A stretch of DNA of 64,000 bases from Nemertoderma westbladi (lineage: Eukaryota; Animalia; Xenacoelomorpha), in NCBI GenBank assembly GCA_032718475.1, contig JAUCBJ010006656.1, positions 2,667-66,666 on the forward strand, written 5' to 3'. The notes under the pieces were generated by a model. The model was not told where the DNA came from and searched no databases. It saw only the letters and a program-made list of their open reading frames with translations. A program made the position numbers and the translations under genes. This document shows positions 1 through 10,265 of the stretch, piece by piece. Position 1 is the first letter of the stretch. Each line of letters begins with the position of its first letter.

Positions 1-247
1 TTGATGCAAGTTCAGAAGTTGTCTGTCCAATACCTAGGACTCGGACATACCATTTAACATACAGTAGTAGTCCTAAGTTAAAGTGTGGTTGGCACCGGGA
101 CAGAGAACCCTACCGGTACCTGCCAGGGTAGGTACCTAACCAGGACCCAGCTCTTTATATTTCAGTGCTGCAGTACGCAGGTAGGTACCGGTACCTATGT
201 TGTACCGACGTGTTGTACCGTACGTCATGTACAGTACGTACGGTAAT

Positions 248-1461
248 TGTAAAAGCTTTTGCGGAATTGCCCGGTTATTTTTCCTTATTTTTCCCGTAAA
301 ATACTCTGTAGTTGGTTTAGTAGGCGTAAGAGGCCGTATTATTGCTGTATCGGTGTTTTTTAGAGGACCTAAGAGCTATTTCTTCCGTATGTGTACTTTG
401 GGGGACATGGTTGGTGATTCTATGGCAATTCTATGACGCAAAATAGCTAGATCCTCTTGAAACAGTAGTTACTATGACGACGGTTAACAGCTGAGCTGTA
501 TACGTGTCGATTTTCTTTGTTCTACGGTGCCTCTCAGTTCAGTCAACCAATCAGAGCGTTTTTACTGTTCTTGTACAGAAATTTCCTAGAAATCACGCAA
601 TGCTTTATGGGCAGTGTTATCATTCAGTCCTGAGCCAAGAAAGAACGGCTTTTGGAATATTTGTGCTTTTCTGCTTTTAGCCTAACACTAGTAGGCTTAA
701 TTATAAGGACATATATCCGTTATCCTGGGTAACTCAATGGTTAACAACTTACTCAATGCTTGGCTGGTCTTGTCGTGCATACTTTTATAACGTTATACTG
801 CTATTTACTGTCGGTTATTCATTATATGGTTGATGAAATATTATATTTGGAATAACGAGAAATAACCCCGAAAACCCAATATTCTTGATATACCGAAGGT
901 AAGAGAGACAGGTTACATATAACGATTGTGACTTATGTTAAAGTGGTTTGAAGTGAATCTAATGTTATCTGATAGACCCTACATGAGTCGGTCTGTGTTC
1001 CTTTTATATGTGACTAAAATCAGTGAAGATCGGCAGATCAGTGTGCAGTATTGTGCAGCATTGTGTATGAGTGAGACTGATAACGAAGCATTTCCTAAAG
1101 AATGCGCCATATATGTGAATTGTAACTAAGCCATATCGTTGCATGTAGTTTAAGTCATAGCTCTGTTTATATAGATAGAGCGCCACGTCCAAAAGGAACT
1201 GTTAATATTCCCCGAAGGTGAATAATATTGTCAGAGATTATATAATACTGTCAGTCGAATAATACATTAGGCTTACATAGCAATAAGATTAAGCCGTCGA
1301 AGTCAATCTCCCGGGTATATCCAGCGGGTGAATGATCGCGCACAGATTGGTTTCAACTAGTGTAGTGAATCAAATACTTGTCAGAGGCTAAAAGCGATTT
1401 ATTATCTAGAAGACATCCTAATTTGGCGGGTTAAACTGCCAAAGGTCTGAAAGCGCGAACA
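248..1461 (+). repeat. 5' LTR of BEL/Pao element 1 (1214 bp)
   Basis: Starts TGTAAAAGC, ends GCGAACA; direct repeat of 11841-13053 with about 3 substitutions and one 1-bp indel seen by eye. Confidence 0.95.
712..723 (+). promoter_or_regulatory. Candidate self-primer sequence inside the LTR (TATATCCGTTAT)
   Basis: Exact reverse complement of 1462-1473; homologous site in the sibling LTR (59501-59511) is complementary to that element's own post-LTR sequence. Function is inferred. Confidence 0.7.
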
Positions 1462-1473
1462 ATAACGGATATA
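1462..1473 (+). promoter_or_regulatory. Non-tRNA primer-binding site (ATAACGGATATA)
   Basis: Directly follows the LTR-terminal CA; lacks the TGG of a tRNA PBS; perfectly complementary to 712-723. Confidence 0.7.
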
Positions 1474-1525
1474 GCTTCTTTATTGCAGTAAGCAATAAAG
1501 TTGAAAGTACCGGTCAACCGGTAAA

Positions 1526-1655
1526 CCTGAACCGGTACTGCGGTACGTCTGTAGGCCCAACTGCCTGAACCGGTACTGCTGTAGGTCTGTAGGCCCAACT
1601 GCCTGAACCGGTACTGCTGTAGGCCCGTAGGCTCAACTGTCCTAACCGGTACTTC
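1526..1655 (+). repeat. 38-bp tandem repeat (~3.4 copies) in BEL leader
   Basis: CCTGAACCGGTACTG units start at 1526, 1564 and 1602, with a degenerate unit at ~1641. Confidence 0.85.
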
Positions 1656-1830
1656 CAGTACAGGTATAGCAGTATTATTCGATTTTGATTATTATATACC
1701 AGTAGGCCTTAATAATTAATCAGGGAGGGCCCGCCCTGGTTTTTTATTGAGATTTTACTTATTTCTGTCAGTTTTATTTATTTGTAGGCCAATATTGAGC
1801 AGAAGGCGTGTAAGCCTGCTCAGATTGTAC

Positions 1831-2405
1831 AGATAATTTGTAGGCTTGACTGTTGGCTAACTGTTGATTAGGTCTGAACGGATTGCAGTGCATGTAGAGT
1901 GTATGTCCGATAAAGAACGGTTAGGAAGTAGGGGCAGCCATAGCTGTAAGGTAAACCCCCATCTAAAGAATAAGTCGTACTACTGGGTTAGAACGCATAC
2001 TACTTAACCATTTCGGAGTCTGCATGTCCTGTGGTTTATTTAGGCCTGATAGGAGTCCGCCAGCGTTTGGTCTGTACTTTGTTTGTGTAGTCTGTACGGG
2101 TAGCGTATAATTTTATTTAGATAATTTGTAGGCTGGATAGTTGTCTGGCTGTTGTTGGGTTTGAGGAAATTTCGGTGTGTGTAGAGCATCTGTCCGATAA
2201 AGTGCTAAGTTAGGAAAGTAGGGGCTTCAAGTGCTGTGAGGTAAACCCCCTGTGAAAGAATAAGTCGTACTACTGGGTTAGAACGCATACTAACTAATCA
2301 TTTTGGAGTCTGCATATACCGTAGTTTGTTTAGGCTTGATAGTAGTCTGTCAGTATTTGGTCTGCATTTTGTTTGAGTAGTTTGTACGCGTAGCGTAATA
2401 TTTAT
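1831..2405 (+). repeat. ~288-bp tandem dimer in BEL leader
   Basis: AGATAATTTGTAGGCT at 1831 and 2119; shared core AAGAATAAGTCGTACTACTGGGTTAGAACGCATACTA; also present in the sibling (~60552-61125). Confidence 0.85.
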
Positions 2406-3741
2406 TATTCAGAGTTTATGCGATTATTCGCAACATTCATTCCCCAAGTTTGTTCCTACAGTAATTGTGTTTGTTATACATACCGTTATAGTTAAACTAA
2501 CCCCGGTACTACATCAGGGCTGCTCGGCGTAGGTAAAGACTGGAGATTTTATGCTTTGGTCACTCCGGCAGATACCGTGGTTCTTTTGGCTGTTCAAGTA
2601 TTTTTAACTACTGATTATTTGTTGTACAAGTACTTGTACCTAATTTAGGGTTTAGTGTACAGTACTTTCCGAAGGTGATTAGTGTGTAGGCAGTATATTT
2701 GTGTTGTAAAGTGGTTAATAGGCACGTTGGTTCTGGTAGACCGCGGTAATTAATCTCTAGGTAGGAACACTCCGTGATACATAACGTAGTACCTATAGCG
2801 ATACGGCTATAGGTCGTCAGGCAGTGGTATTTTCCTATCTGGACAGCGCAATATATTTACTACTACTTATTATTTTCAAATACCGTAGTAACCTGTCCGT
2901 TGTAATAACCAGATATTCTAACCCTTTGTTAGGCTGGTTAGTAGACTTCTTGTAAAATTACCCTAAAAATTTGTATTTGTGTATTTGTAATTAAATTTTT
3001 GTGTTTATTTAGAGATTGTAATCTCAACCCGAATTGTACGTAATTTGTAGTATTAAGTAACTTAGGTAAATTATAATTATTTGTTTTAGTGTCTAACAAG
3101 TAGCACTCCACTGAGAGCGCACAGCTTATGTGTAGTGACTCCCCCAGAAATAATAACATTTATTTCAAACATTGACAAAACCCATTAAACGGGTATATAT
3201 ATATTATAAATCAACTCAAACGATTTATAAATAGTAGGCCTGCCATACAACAATTAGGTCTCAATATCAGTTGGACTACTGCTTAAATAACGGCAATAAA
3301 GTAAGTTAAAGTAACCAAGTAACCCTTAAAATTCAGAAATTCAATTATTTAAAATAATTGATATACCGGTATTTACAATAGGCTTATTATCTTTATTTTC
3401 ATAAACTTAGCCTGAAATCATACCGGTATTCTGTAATTAATTTTAGTTAATAATTATACTTATATATACTATAAGTGTAAACTGCATACCGGTATCCACG
3501 ATAGGCCTATTATATATTTATATATATTTGTGCTAAAATTATATACCGGTATTCTGTAAAAAACCTAGTCTGTAATAATACTTATATATACCATAAGCAT
3601 ACCGGTATTCTAATATTATATATATTACGCTACACTGAGTAGCAGTATCGGTAATTAATTACTAGGCTAGCAGTTAATACTGAATTACTAGACTTGCTTG
3701 GACTGTAATATAGCAGTAGGCATTCAACTGTGCAAACAAAC

Positions 3742-6700
3742 ATGTCTGATACTAAGCAGAACATGTCAGACAGTTTATTAGATGTAACTATCTGCGACTC
3801 AGATAAGGGTGTAGAACCGTCTACACCTAAGTTCAGTTCACCTCCCACTGTGAGGAAGGTCATCCCTCCAGTAGTAATAACAGAACCGAGGCTGGTCCAA
3901 CATCGTAGGTCTATCATAGGCACTCGAGCTCAGGTCAAGCGGGACCAAGAAGCAGCGGAACAGCAACAACCCGCGAGCCAAGAACTTATTTCTCAGCGGC
4001 CCGACAGCTCCAGTAGTGAGGATACTGTAGAGCTAACACCCGAGCGCGGAGCAAGGATGACGGATGCGGTTTATTCGGATCCCCTTCTCATCCTTCCTGC
4101 ATCCGTACTCACTAGGTTATTGATCGCGGTGGAAGAACACCAGATTGATTGGGCGAGAAGTAAGCGATCCACTAAAGATAGTTATGAGGGATACACAAAG
4201 GAAGAACTGAAATCTATTGTCGAGTCGCAATGGAACTTCCCCGGACCCGGACTCCCGTTTGATTTATCAGAAGCTGCCTGGGAAGACATACACCAGATGG
4301 GAGTAGCCAAGGAAACCATCGATCCAGCTGTGTGGAAGAGGTCCGCAGCCGGATACGCACAGGGATTCTTCAGCTCTATGGAGCGAGTAAAAGAACAACT
4401 GTTTCAACAACCGCAAGGACCTCAAGAGCAGGGACAACTGCTTTATCAAGTTAGAGAAAGAATTCTGCGAATTAGGCTAATCTTATCGGCCTTTGAGGAG
4501 GCTTCTAAAAGAAGACAAGACACGTCATTGCAAGTTGCCGTAAAGACTTGGTTTCAACGGGTGAGTCGCCAGGTTCAAGGAACAGCGCAGTGGAAAGCTC
4601 AGCTGGAGGAGCGCTCAACCCATGGAGAATCAACAGACGCTACATTTTCCCAAGTGGAGAGTGAAGCGACAGCAGAGAAACCGCATAAGAGGGATGCCAT
4701 TGACATCTATCTGTCAGACTATCAGCGTTTTTTAGGAGATGAAGAGTTTAGGAGAAGGTTAGATGGACTTAGCCCTAATAGCGAAGGAACTCAGCGTGTG
4801 TTGGATGCCATCGATGTGGACATGAGGGCTGCGAACCAGGCTAAATTTGATGAACGCCTCCGCATCACTAGAGTCCAAGAAGAACAAGTAAAGAAAAAAC
4901 GTATAGAAGACAGAAAGGCAGCGGCAGTAGCAGCAGCAGTGGCATCGGCAGAAGCTGAAAGAAAGGCGGCCGAAGCGGAAAGAAAGGCGGCAGCGGCAGA
5001 GGCAGAAGCGGAGAGAAAAGCGGCCGAAGCGGAAAGAAAGGCGGCAGCGGCAGAAGCGGGGAGAAAAGCGGCCGAAGCGGAAAGAAAGGCGGCAGCGGCA
5101 GAGGCAGAAGCGGGGAGAAAAGCGGCCGAAGCGGAAAGAAAGGCGGCAGAGGCAGTAGCAGAAGCAGAACGGAGAGCGGCTGAAGAAACCACCCAACTAG
5201 AATTGGAAAACATTCAGGAGAATCAAGACTGCATAAATAAACAGTTAACAGCTAGTAATATGCAGATGATGAATCGATCTACTCCCAAAAGACAGGGATA
5301 TACATCATCTGAGGAAGGCGATACCACCGATACTGAAGGCAAAGGAAATAGATCTCACCTAAGCAGACGTAAAAGAACATCCCACCGTCAGAAATTGCCT
5401 GATTTGCCTCCAGCTGTTCGAAGGCAACTAAATAACACCAACTTAGGTAGTACAGAACCCACAGACCAAATAATTACAATAGAGAGACTCCCTACTATAG
5501 TAGATGAGCCTGAAATAATTAGGCCTGTTCCCGAAGCCACCCTTTCGGTCGTAGAGACACCTGTACTCCCTGAACCTACCTCTCAATTCCCTTTGCACAG
5601 CACTAAGCTACCTGTGCCCAGCAGAACAGCCCATGAGACAGTTCATGCCCTGGACTCCGAGCGAAATATTCACGATTTGTCGCCCGTTGTCCCTCGTCCG
5701 CCCGCTACAACGTTGGCGAATCCCGCTTCGGCGGTTGAATGGGTGGATGAGAGACGACGGGGGATGGATCTCCTGCTCAGACAGATGCAGGAGACCGTTC
5801 AGCAATTCAAGGGCACAGTAAGGGAAAGTAGGCTAGAGTTGCAAGAAGTGCAGCAAAGTATCGCGTTAGAACGCGATAAATTAGTAAATACACAAAAGGG
5901 TATACCACCACCCCCTGTAACAATGTGTCAACCTGTTAGGTCTGAATGCGTATCTCATGCGCAAGGTGTGGAGCCTACACGCATCTATACTGCTAGCGAA
6001 GTAGAAACTCCTATAGTGAACCCTATTAAGAGTAATTATAGACCTGTTGATAATGATATTCCCTATAGACCTGATCATAATCCGAGAAATTTATATACCG
6101 ATAACTCGATATTAAATAACACGATGGCCCAAGAAAGTTTTACGCGTCAAATGGCTAGAACTGAAGCCCGGCAAGCGGTAAAGGTGGGAGAGATAGTCAA
6201 GTTCAATGGAGATGAGATGAAATGGTTACCTTTTAATGAATATTATAAAGATAACATACAGAACTCTGTACTATCTAATGGAGAGAAACTTAGATTCCTC
6301 ATCGAGTGTTTGGAAGGATCTCCCAAGTTAATGGCGTTAAAGTTTATTGGACATCCAGACGGATTAAGACAAGTTTGGGATACACTAAACATCAGGTATG
6401 GTAATAGGAATAACATAGCTGGGTATTTGTATGCAAAGTTGGTAGCGCCCCGAAAGTTTATTAGCAGCGGGATTATAGAGTTTTCCGATGAAATTCAGGA
6501 GATCTGCAGACAATTAGATTGGCTAGGTAAGTCTCATGAGTATCAGAGTGCTATGGTTATTAGAGCAGTGGCTTCTACTTTACCGAAGGGTGGAGTAGGT
6601 ACACGCTGGGACAAGAAAGTGTTATATATGATGGAACAACAACGACGAGACCCTACCATGGCTGATCTCATGTCATTCTTAGATGGAGAAGTGAAATTAC

Positions 6701-8772
6701 AGCTCCTAAGGCAGTCCAGAGAGAAGACACTGGAAAACAAGGTAAGTGAGAAACCCGTTTCTAGGAGAAGGGTAACACCAGTGTGTTATACAGACGACGG
6801 CGAAAGCCAGACTTCTCAAGGAGAGGATAGCGGGAAAGACACTGAAAGATCTTATTATGTCAATAAAACGCCTAAAGACCAGGTAAGTAAATTCAAGTCT
6901 CGAACCAATGACAGGAGAGAACAGGTAAGAAAAACTCCTCCTACGTCTCCCAAGAGAATTCAGGTGAGAAAGCCCGAGGAAAGAACGAACGTGCACCACA
7001 CAGCACATGTTAAAGTAAGTAACATCAAGCCCAAATGTGTGCTGTGCGATGGGCCCCACCGTTTAAGTGCGTGTGATGAATTCCTGAGGAAATCTCTAAA
7101 GGACAGACGTGAAGTCATGTGGGATAAGCGGTTGTGTTATAATTGCCTCAGACGAGGACACCAACGGCGAACCTGTTACTCCGACGCAAGGTGTGCAAAG
7201 TGCGGTGCGAAACATCATATCTTGTTGCACACTGAATTCGAGCGAAATAGTCCAAGTCAGGTGAGTGATTCCGAACTACATGTCCAATTCAGTGATGTGA
7301 ACGACACTGATCAATCTGAGATGGAAGGATTCTATACGGACGAGTTCTCCGACGAAAACGAATCCTGTTACATGATAAATACCGCAGTGTATCGAGCACT
7401 CACTTATGAAAAAGATACAGAAAGTGACCTCACTCTAACTACTTCTGATCGACAACCATACTGGAAAGCGCCACCTTCCAATGTAGGAATCCGAGAATTT
7501 CCTGTAGTCCAGTTACGGGTCCACGGACCTCAGAAGAGCTATATAGTGAACGCCCTCCTGGACTCCGGCAGCACAGGAACATTCATCGATAAAGAACTAG
7601 CCGAAGACATCTTTGCTGGACAACCCAAGTTCCGAACCAAGCTAAACATGTCAGGGATCATGCAGGTTTGGAAATCTGCTGTGGCTGCCGACTATTATAT
7701 AGGTGAGTTGTCCACTCCACAGGATAAACTAGGAGAACACAGTATAAGGTCAGTCAAAATGGTGGCAATAAAGAACTTCGCTACCACCCAAGTGGAACCT
7801 TATAATTGGGACGAAGATGATCATGCCCAACGACTTAACATTCCTAGATTCGACACCGATTATCCTGGAGTACAAATATTAATCGGTCAAAACGCGCATG
7901 AGGCGCTGGAGACATTGGAGAAACGACCTGCTCAACCGCAACCACTTCAGACCCATGCGGTAAGAACTAGAGTAGGTTGGTACCTTACTGGACCTTCCCG
8001 AAGAACGCTCAGAGAAAGACTGCTTCAAGATCGCGTCTGCCAGGTGAGTGAATGGGAAGATGATACTAGTGAGGGAGACGACCCAACTGAGGGAACACCA
8101 TACTCCTCAGATAATGACGATATTAGCTCCAATGTAGATCAATGGAGATATTGCCCCAAGAAGTTTAATCCAACTGACATCGCTTCCAGAGGAGCAACTC
8201 CTCAAGAACTGACAGATACTACAGACCGGTTAGGTGAACCCGACTTCCTGAGTAAGGAGGATGAATGGCCTCCCCATCTTACTCCGACTGAGATTAGACC
8301 AGCCAAGGGAGCGGAGAAAGTCAAACCTAAAACCCAGACGGGTGGATCGGAGTTATTTGAACCCGGGATAGATCTGTCGGTATTACATATTGCCAGGGAC
8401 GACGCCGTGGATCTGGACCTCCCCACCGCGAGTGGATCCTTCATGAAGATCAGAGAGAGCGATTGGAGCTCTGGAACATCAGACGTCTCGCAGGGACTCT
8501 CACCTCTCCTGCAGGGAGCGACGGACCACTATAGCTCCTGGATTCGGCTTTGTAAGGCCGTCGTGTACCTAGAGCGATGTTTCTATCGTCACTATTCCAG
8601 GACGAAGAGGAAACCTGGAATTGTATTCGGGATGCAGCGACTCAATCACCCAGTCGGTCGTTTGTGTTTACCGGAAGGGAATGGAGGACTCTCCGGAAAC
8701 TGTGGAAGGCAAGATTCTCTTCCCATGACCACCTCCCTAATCCTTCAAACATCTAGGGACTCCATAACGTAA
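3742..8772 (+). CDS. gag: BEL/Pao Gag-protease polyprotein (1676 aa) with long N-terminal extension and in-frame loss of RT/most RNase H/integrase
   Basis: ATG at 3742 is conserved in the sibling. BEL Gag core (KFNGDEMKWLPF..EKLRFLIECLEG..WDTLNIRYG, DUF1759-like), knuckles CVLCDGPHRLSAC/CYNCLRRGHQRRTC/CAKCGAKHHILLH, protease ALLDSGSTGTFI..ILIG..RTRVGWYLTG, then RNase H C-terminal remnant QWRYCPKKFNPTDIASRG..PDFL..EWP and linker YSSWIRL. Confidence 0.9.
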   Translation: MSDTKQNMSDSLLDVTICDSDKGVEPSTPKFSSPPTVRKVIPPVVITEPRLVQHRRSIIGTRAQVKRDQEAAEQQQPASQELISQRPDSSSSEDTVELTPERGARMTDAVYSDPLLILPASVLTRLLIAVEEHQIDWARSKRSTKDSYEGYTKEELKSIVESQWNFPGPGLPFDLSEAAWEDIHQMGVAKETIDPAVWKRSAAGYAQGFFSSMERVKEQLFQQPQGPQEQGQLLYQVRERILRIRLILSAFEEASKRRQDTSLQVAVKTWFQRVSRQVQGTAQWKAQLEERSTHGESTDATFSQVESEATAEKPHKRDAIDIYLSDYQRFLGDEEFRRRLDGLSPNSEGTQRVLDAIDVDMRAANQAKFDERLRITRVQEEQVKKKRIEDRKAAAVAAAVASAEAERKAAEAERKAAAAEAEAERKAAEAERKAAAAEAGRKAAEAERKAAAAEAEAGRKAAEAERKAAEAVAEAERRAAEETTQLELENIQENQDCINKQLTASNMQMMNRSTPKRQGYTSSEEGDTTDTEGKGNRSHLSRRKRTSHRQKLPDLPPAVRRQLNNTNLGSTEPTDQIITIERLPTIVDEPEIIRPVPEATLSVVETPVLPEPTSQFPLHSTKLPVPSRTAHETVHALDSERNIHDLSPVVPRPPATTLANPASAVEWVDERRRGMDLLLRQMQETVQQFKGTVRESRLELQEVQQSIALERDKLVNTQKGIPPPPVTMCQPVRSECVSHAQGVEPTRIYTASEVETPIVNPIKSNYRPVDNDIPYRPDHNPRNLYTDNSILNNTMAQESFTRQMARTEARQAVKVGEIVKFNGDEMKWLPFNEYYKDNIQNSVLSNGEKLRFLIECLEGSPKLMALKFIGHPDGLRQVWDTLNIRYGNRNNIAGYLYAKLVAPRKFISSGIIEFSDEIQEICRQLDWLGKSHEYQSAMVIRAVASTLPKGGVGTRWDKKVLYMMEQQRRDPTMADLMSFLDGEVKLQLLRQSREKTLENKVSEKPVSRRRVTPVCYTDDGESQTSQGEDSGKDTERSYYVNKTPKDQVSKFKSRTNDRREQVRKTPPTSPKRIQVRKPEERTNVHHTAHVKVSNIKPKCVLCDGPHRLSACDEFLRKSLKDRREVMWDKRLCYNCLRRGHQRRTCYSDARCAKCGAKHHILLHTEFERNSPSQVSDSELHVQFSDVNDTDQSEMEGFYTDEFSDENESCYMINTAVYRALTYEKDTESDLTLTTSDRQPYWKAPPSNVGIREFPVVQLRVHGPQKSYIVNALLDSGSTGTFIDKELAEDIFAGQPKFRTKLNMSGIMQVWKSAVAADYYIGELSTPQDKLGEHSIRSVKMVAIKNFATTQVEPYNWDEDDHAQRLNIPRFDTDYPGVQILIGQNAHEALETLEKRPAQPQPLQTHAVRTRVGWYLTGPSRRTLRERLLQDRVCQVSEWEDDTSEGDDPTEGTPYSSDNDDISSNVDQWRYCPKKFNPTDIASRGATPQELTDTTDRLGEPDFLSKEDEWPPHLTPTEIRPAKGAEKVKPKTQTGGSELFEPGIDLSVLHIARDDAVDLDLPTASGSFMKIRESDWSSGTSDVSQGLSPLLQGATDHYSSWIRLCKAVVYLERCFYRHYSRTKRKPGIVFGMQRLNHPVGRLCLPEGNGGLSGNCGRQDSLPMTTSLILQTSRDSIT
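4915..5180 (+). repeat. Coding tandem repeat encoding an (AEAERKAA)n Ala/Glu/Arg/Lys-rich helix
   Basis: Repeated GCGGCCGAAGCGGAAAGAAAGGCGGCAG units; shorter version in the sibling at ~63580-63725. Confidence 0.85.
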
Positions 8773-10265
8773 CAACATATGGAGTGGGTGTGTGACTCTA
8801 TTATTTTGTATTTGTTTTAATTTTATATTTATGTATGTATTATTATGTAATTTTATTTTAATCGTTTTATTTAATTTTATTTAGTAGTATGGTATTTTAG
8901 AGATTATTTAGTAGATTAGTGCAATATATATTCGCGTTTATTATTTAATTACGTATATTATATATTTAGTGCGACGGCGAGAAATAATTCTTTTTCTCTT
9001 TCCTTACTGCCCGTATCATATTATAAATACGTGACTACAGTAAGATGAAATATCCGTACTTATTAAAGTACAATAAAGCCACTACTATATTTAAGTATTA
9101 TTGGTAGGCAGAGTATTAGGAATGCAAAGTTCAGATCCTCGTGTCTCGGCTAAACCAAGCTCTGGGTAGACCTTGGAAACGACTTGCCTCTTCACACTGA
9201 CATTGCTTCGTGCGATATTGCTCTCATACCGTATATTAAATAATACATATAGTAGCGTGATGTCCCTCTAACAGTAGCGTGAAACGCAAATAAATCTGTT
9301 AAACCTTTTGACCATCTGTAATTCTAGTCGATTAAGATATCGCGGCACCCACCGATATACTTGAAAGACAAATTCTAGAATCAGTGGTTAATGTCCCCAG
9401 ACATGTTCTAGAATCAAAACATGTCAATTTAATTATCAAATAATAAAATTTCAGGGAATAAATTTAAATTCATGCCTTTTAATGAATTTAATAAATTGCC
9501 ATTTTTACGCAATTTATAACATTCCCAAAATTCCATTAATTAATAGATCAAGGGAGCGGAGATTTATCTTCTTATGCGTATGAGTGTGCGAAAGTCTCCC
9601 AAACATAGTCAATAGCCGATAAAATTCATAAAGCCATGTATAAAACAGGACATTGACCATTAAAGAATTACTATTAAATAACATCCCAGATCTGTATGCA
9701 TTGGAATTACCCTAATTCTACCGCTAGCTTTGCATAATGTCACCATAGCAACAACCACGCTAGAATTAGAATTGAGTTAAAAGAACAATAGAAAGCTTGT
9801 CCCATTGAATAGCATAGGGAATAAATAGCGCACTGCTAGTATCCAAGGATACATGATAATAACGTGACATTCTGGAAGGCACTGACTAACGGACAAGTGA
9901 CCCGAGTGTGTGTAATTTGTGACAAGTTGTGTGTGTGGTATTTGTGAGTTTATAGGCGAATGTTACTACTAAGGTGTGTTTACAGTAGCGAGTCGCAATT
10001 GTGAAAGTAACCCTAACTCTCCAGTAAGAACCTGAGGTGTATCTAAGCCTTTGGGACGGACAGTCGAGTGACTTGTGCCGGTTGTCGTTGTCGTTGTGCG
10101 GCTACGTCGTTGGCGAAAGTACAGCGGCGACGACACATCGGCGCTGAGGATCTCGCACTGTCCGGGGGCTGATTGGGGTAGGCAGCGACGCTCGCTAGCC
10201 TAAATATAAACTCATTATAATATTAATAAACTCATATATAGCAGATATGACGGAGTTGATAGAAG

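Noticed and set aside
935-1192. Small ORFs repeated at 12527-12784
   Set aside because: Duplicated only because they lie in the LTRs; no recognisable product.
1229-1445. Faint likeness to group I intron R/S motifs (TCAGAGATTA; AAGACAT..TAAT) in the LTR
   Set aside because: P/Q elements not found and P7 pairing not preserved in the sibling; kept only as generic conserved structure.
3730-3741. GTG start given by the ORF track for gag
   Set aside because: Eukaryotic context; the ATG at 3742 is the start conserved in the sibling.
4759-5213. Antisense ORFs over the Ala-rich repeat (also 63491-63910)
   Set aside because: Shadows of a stop-poor repetitive coding segment.
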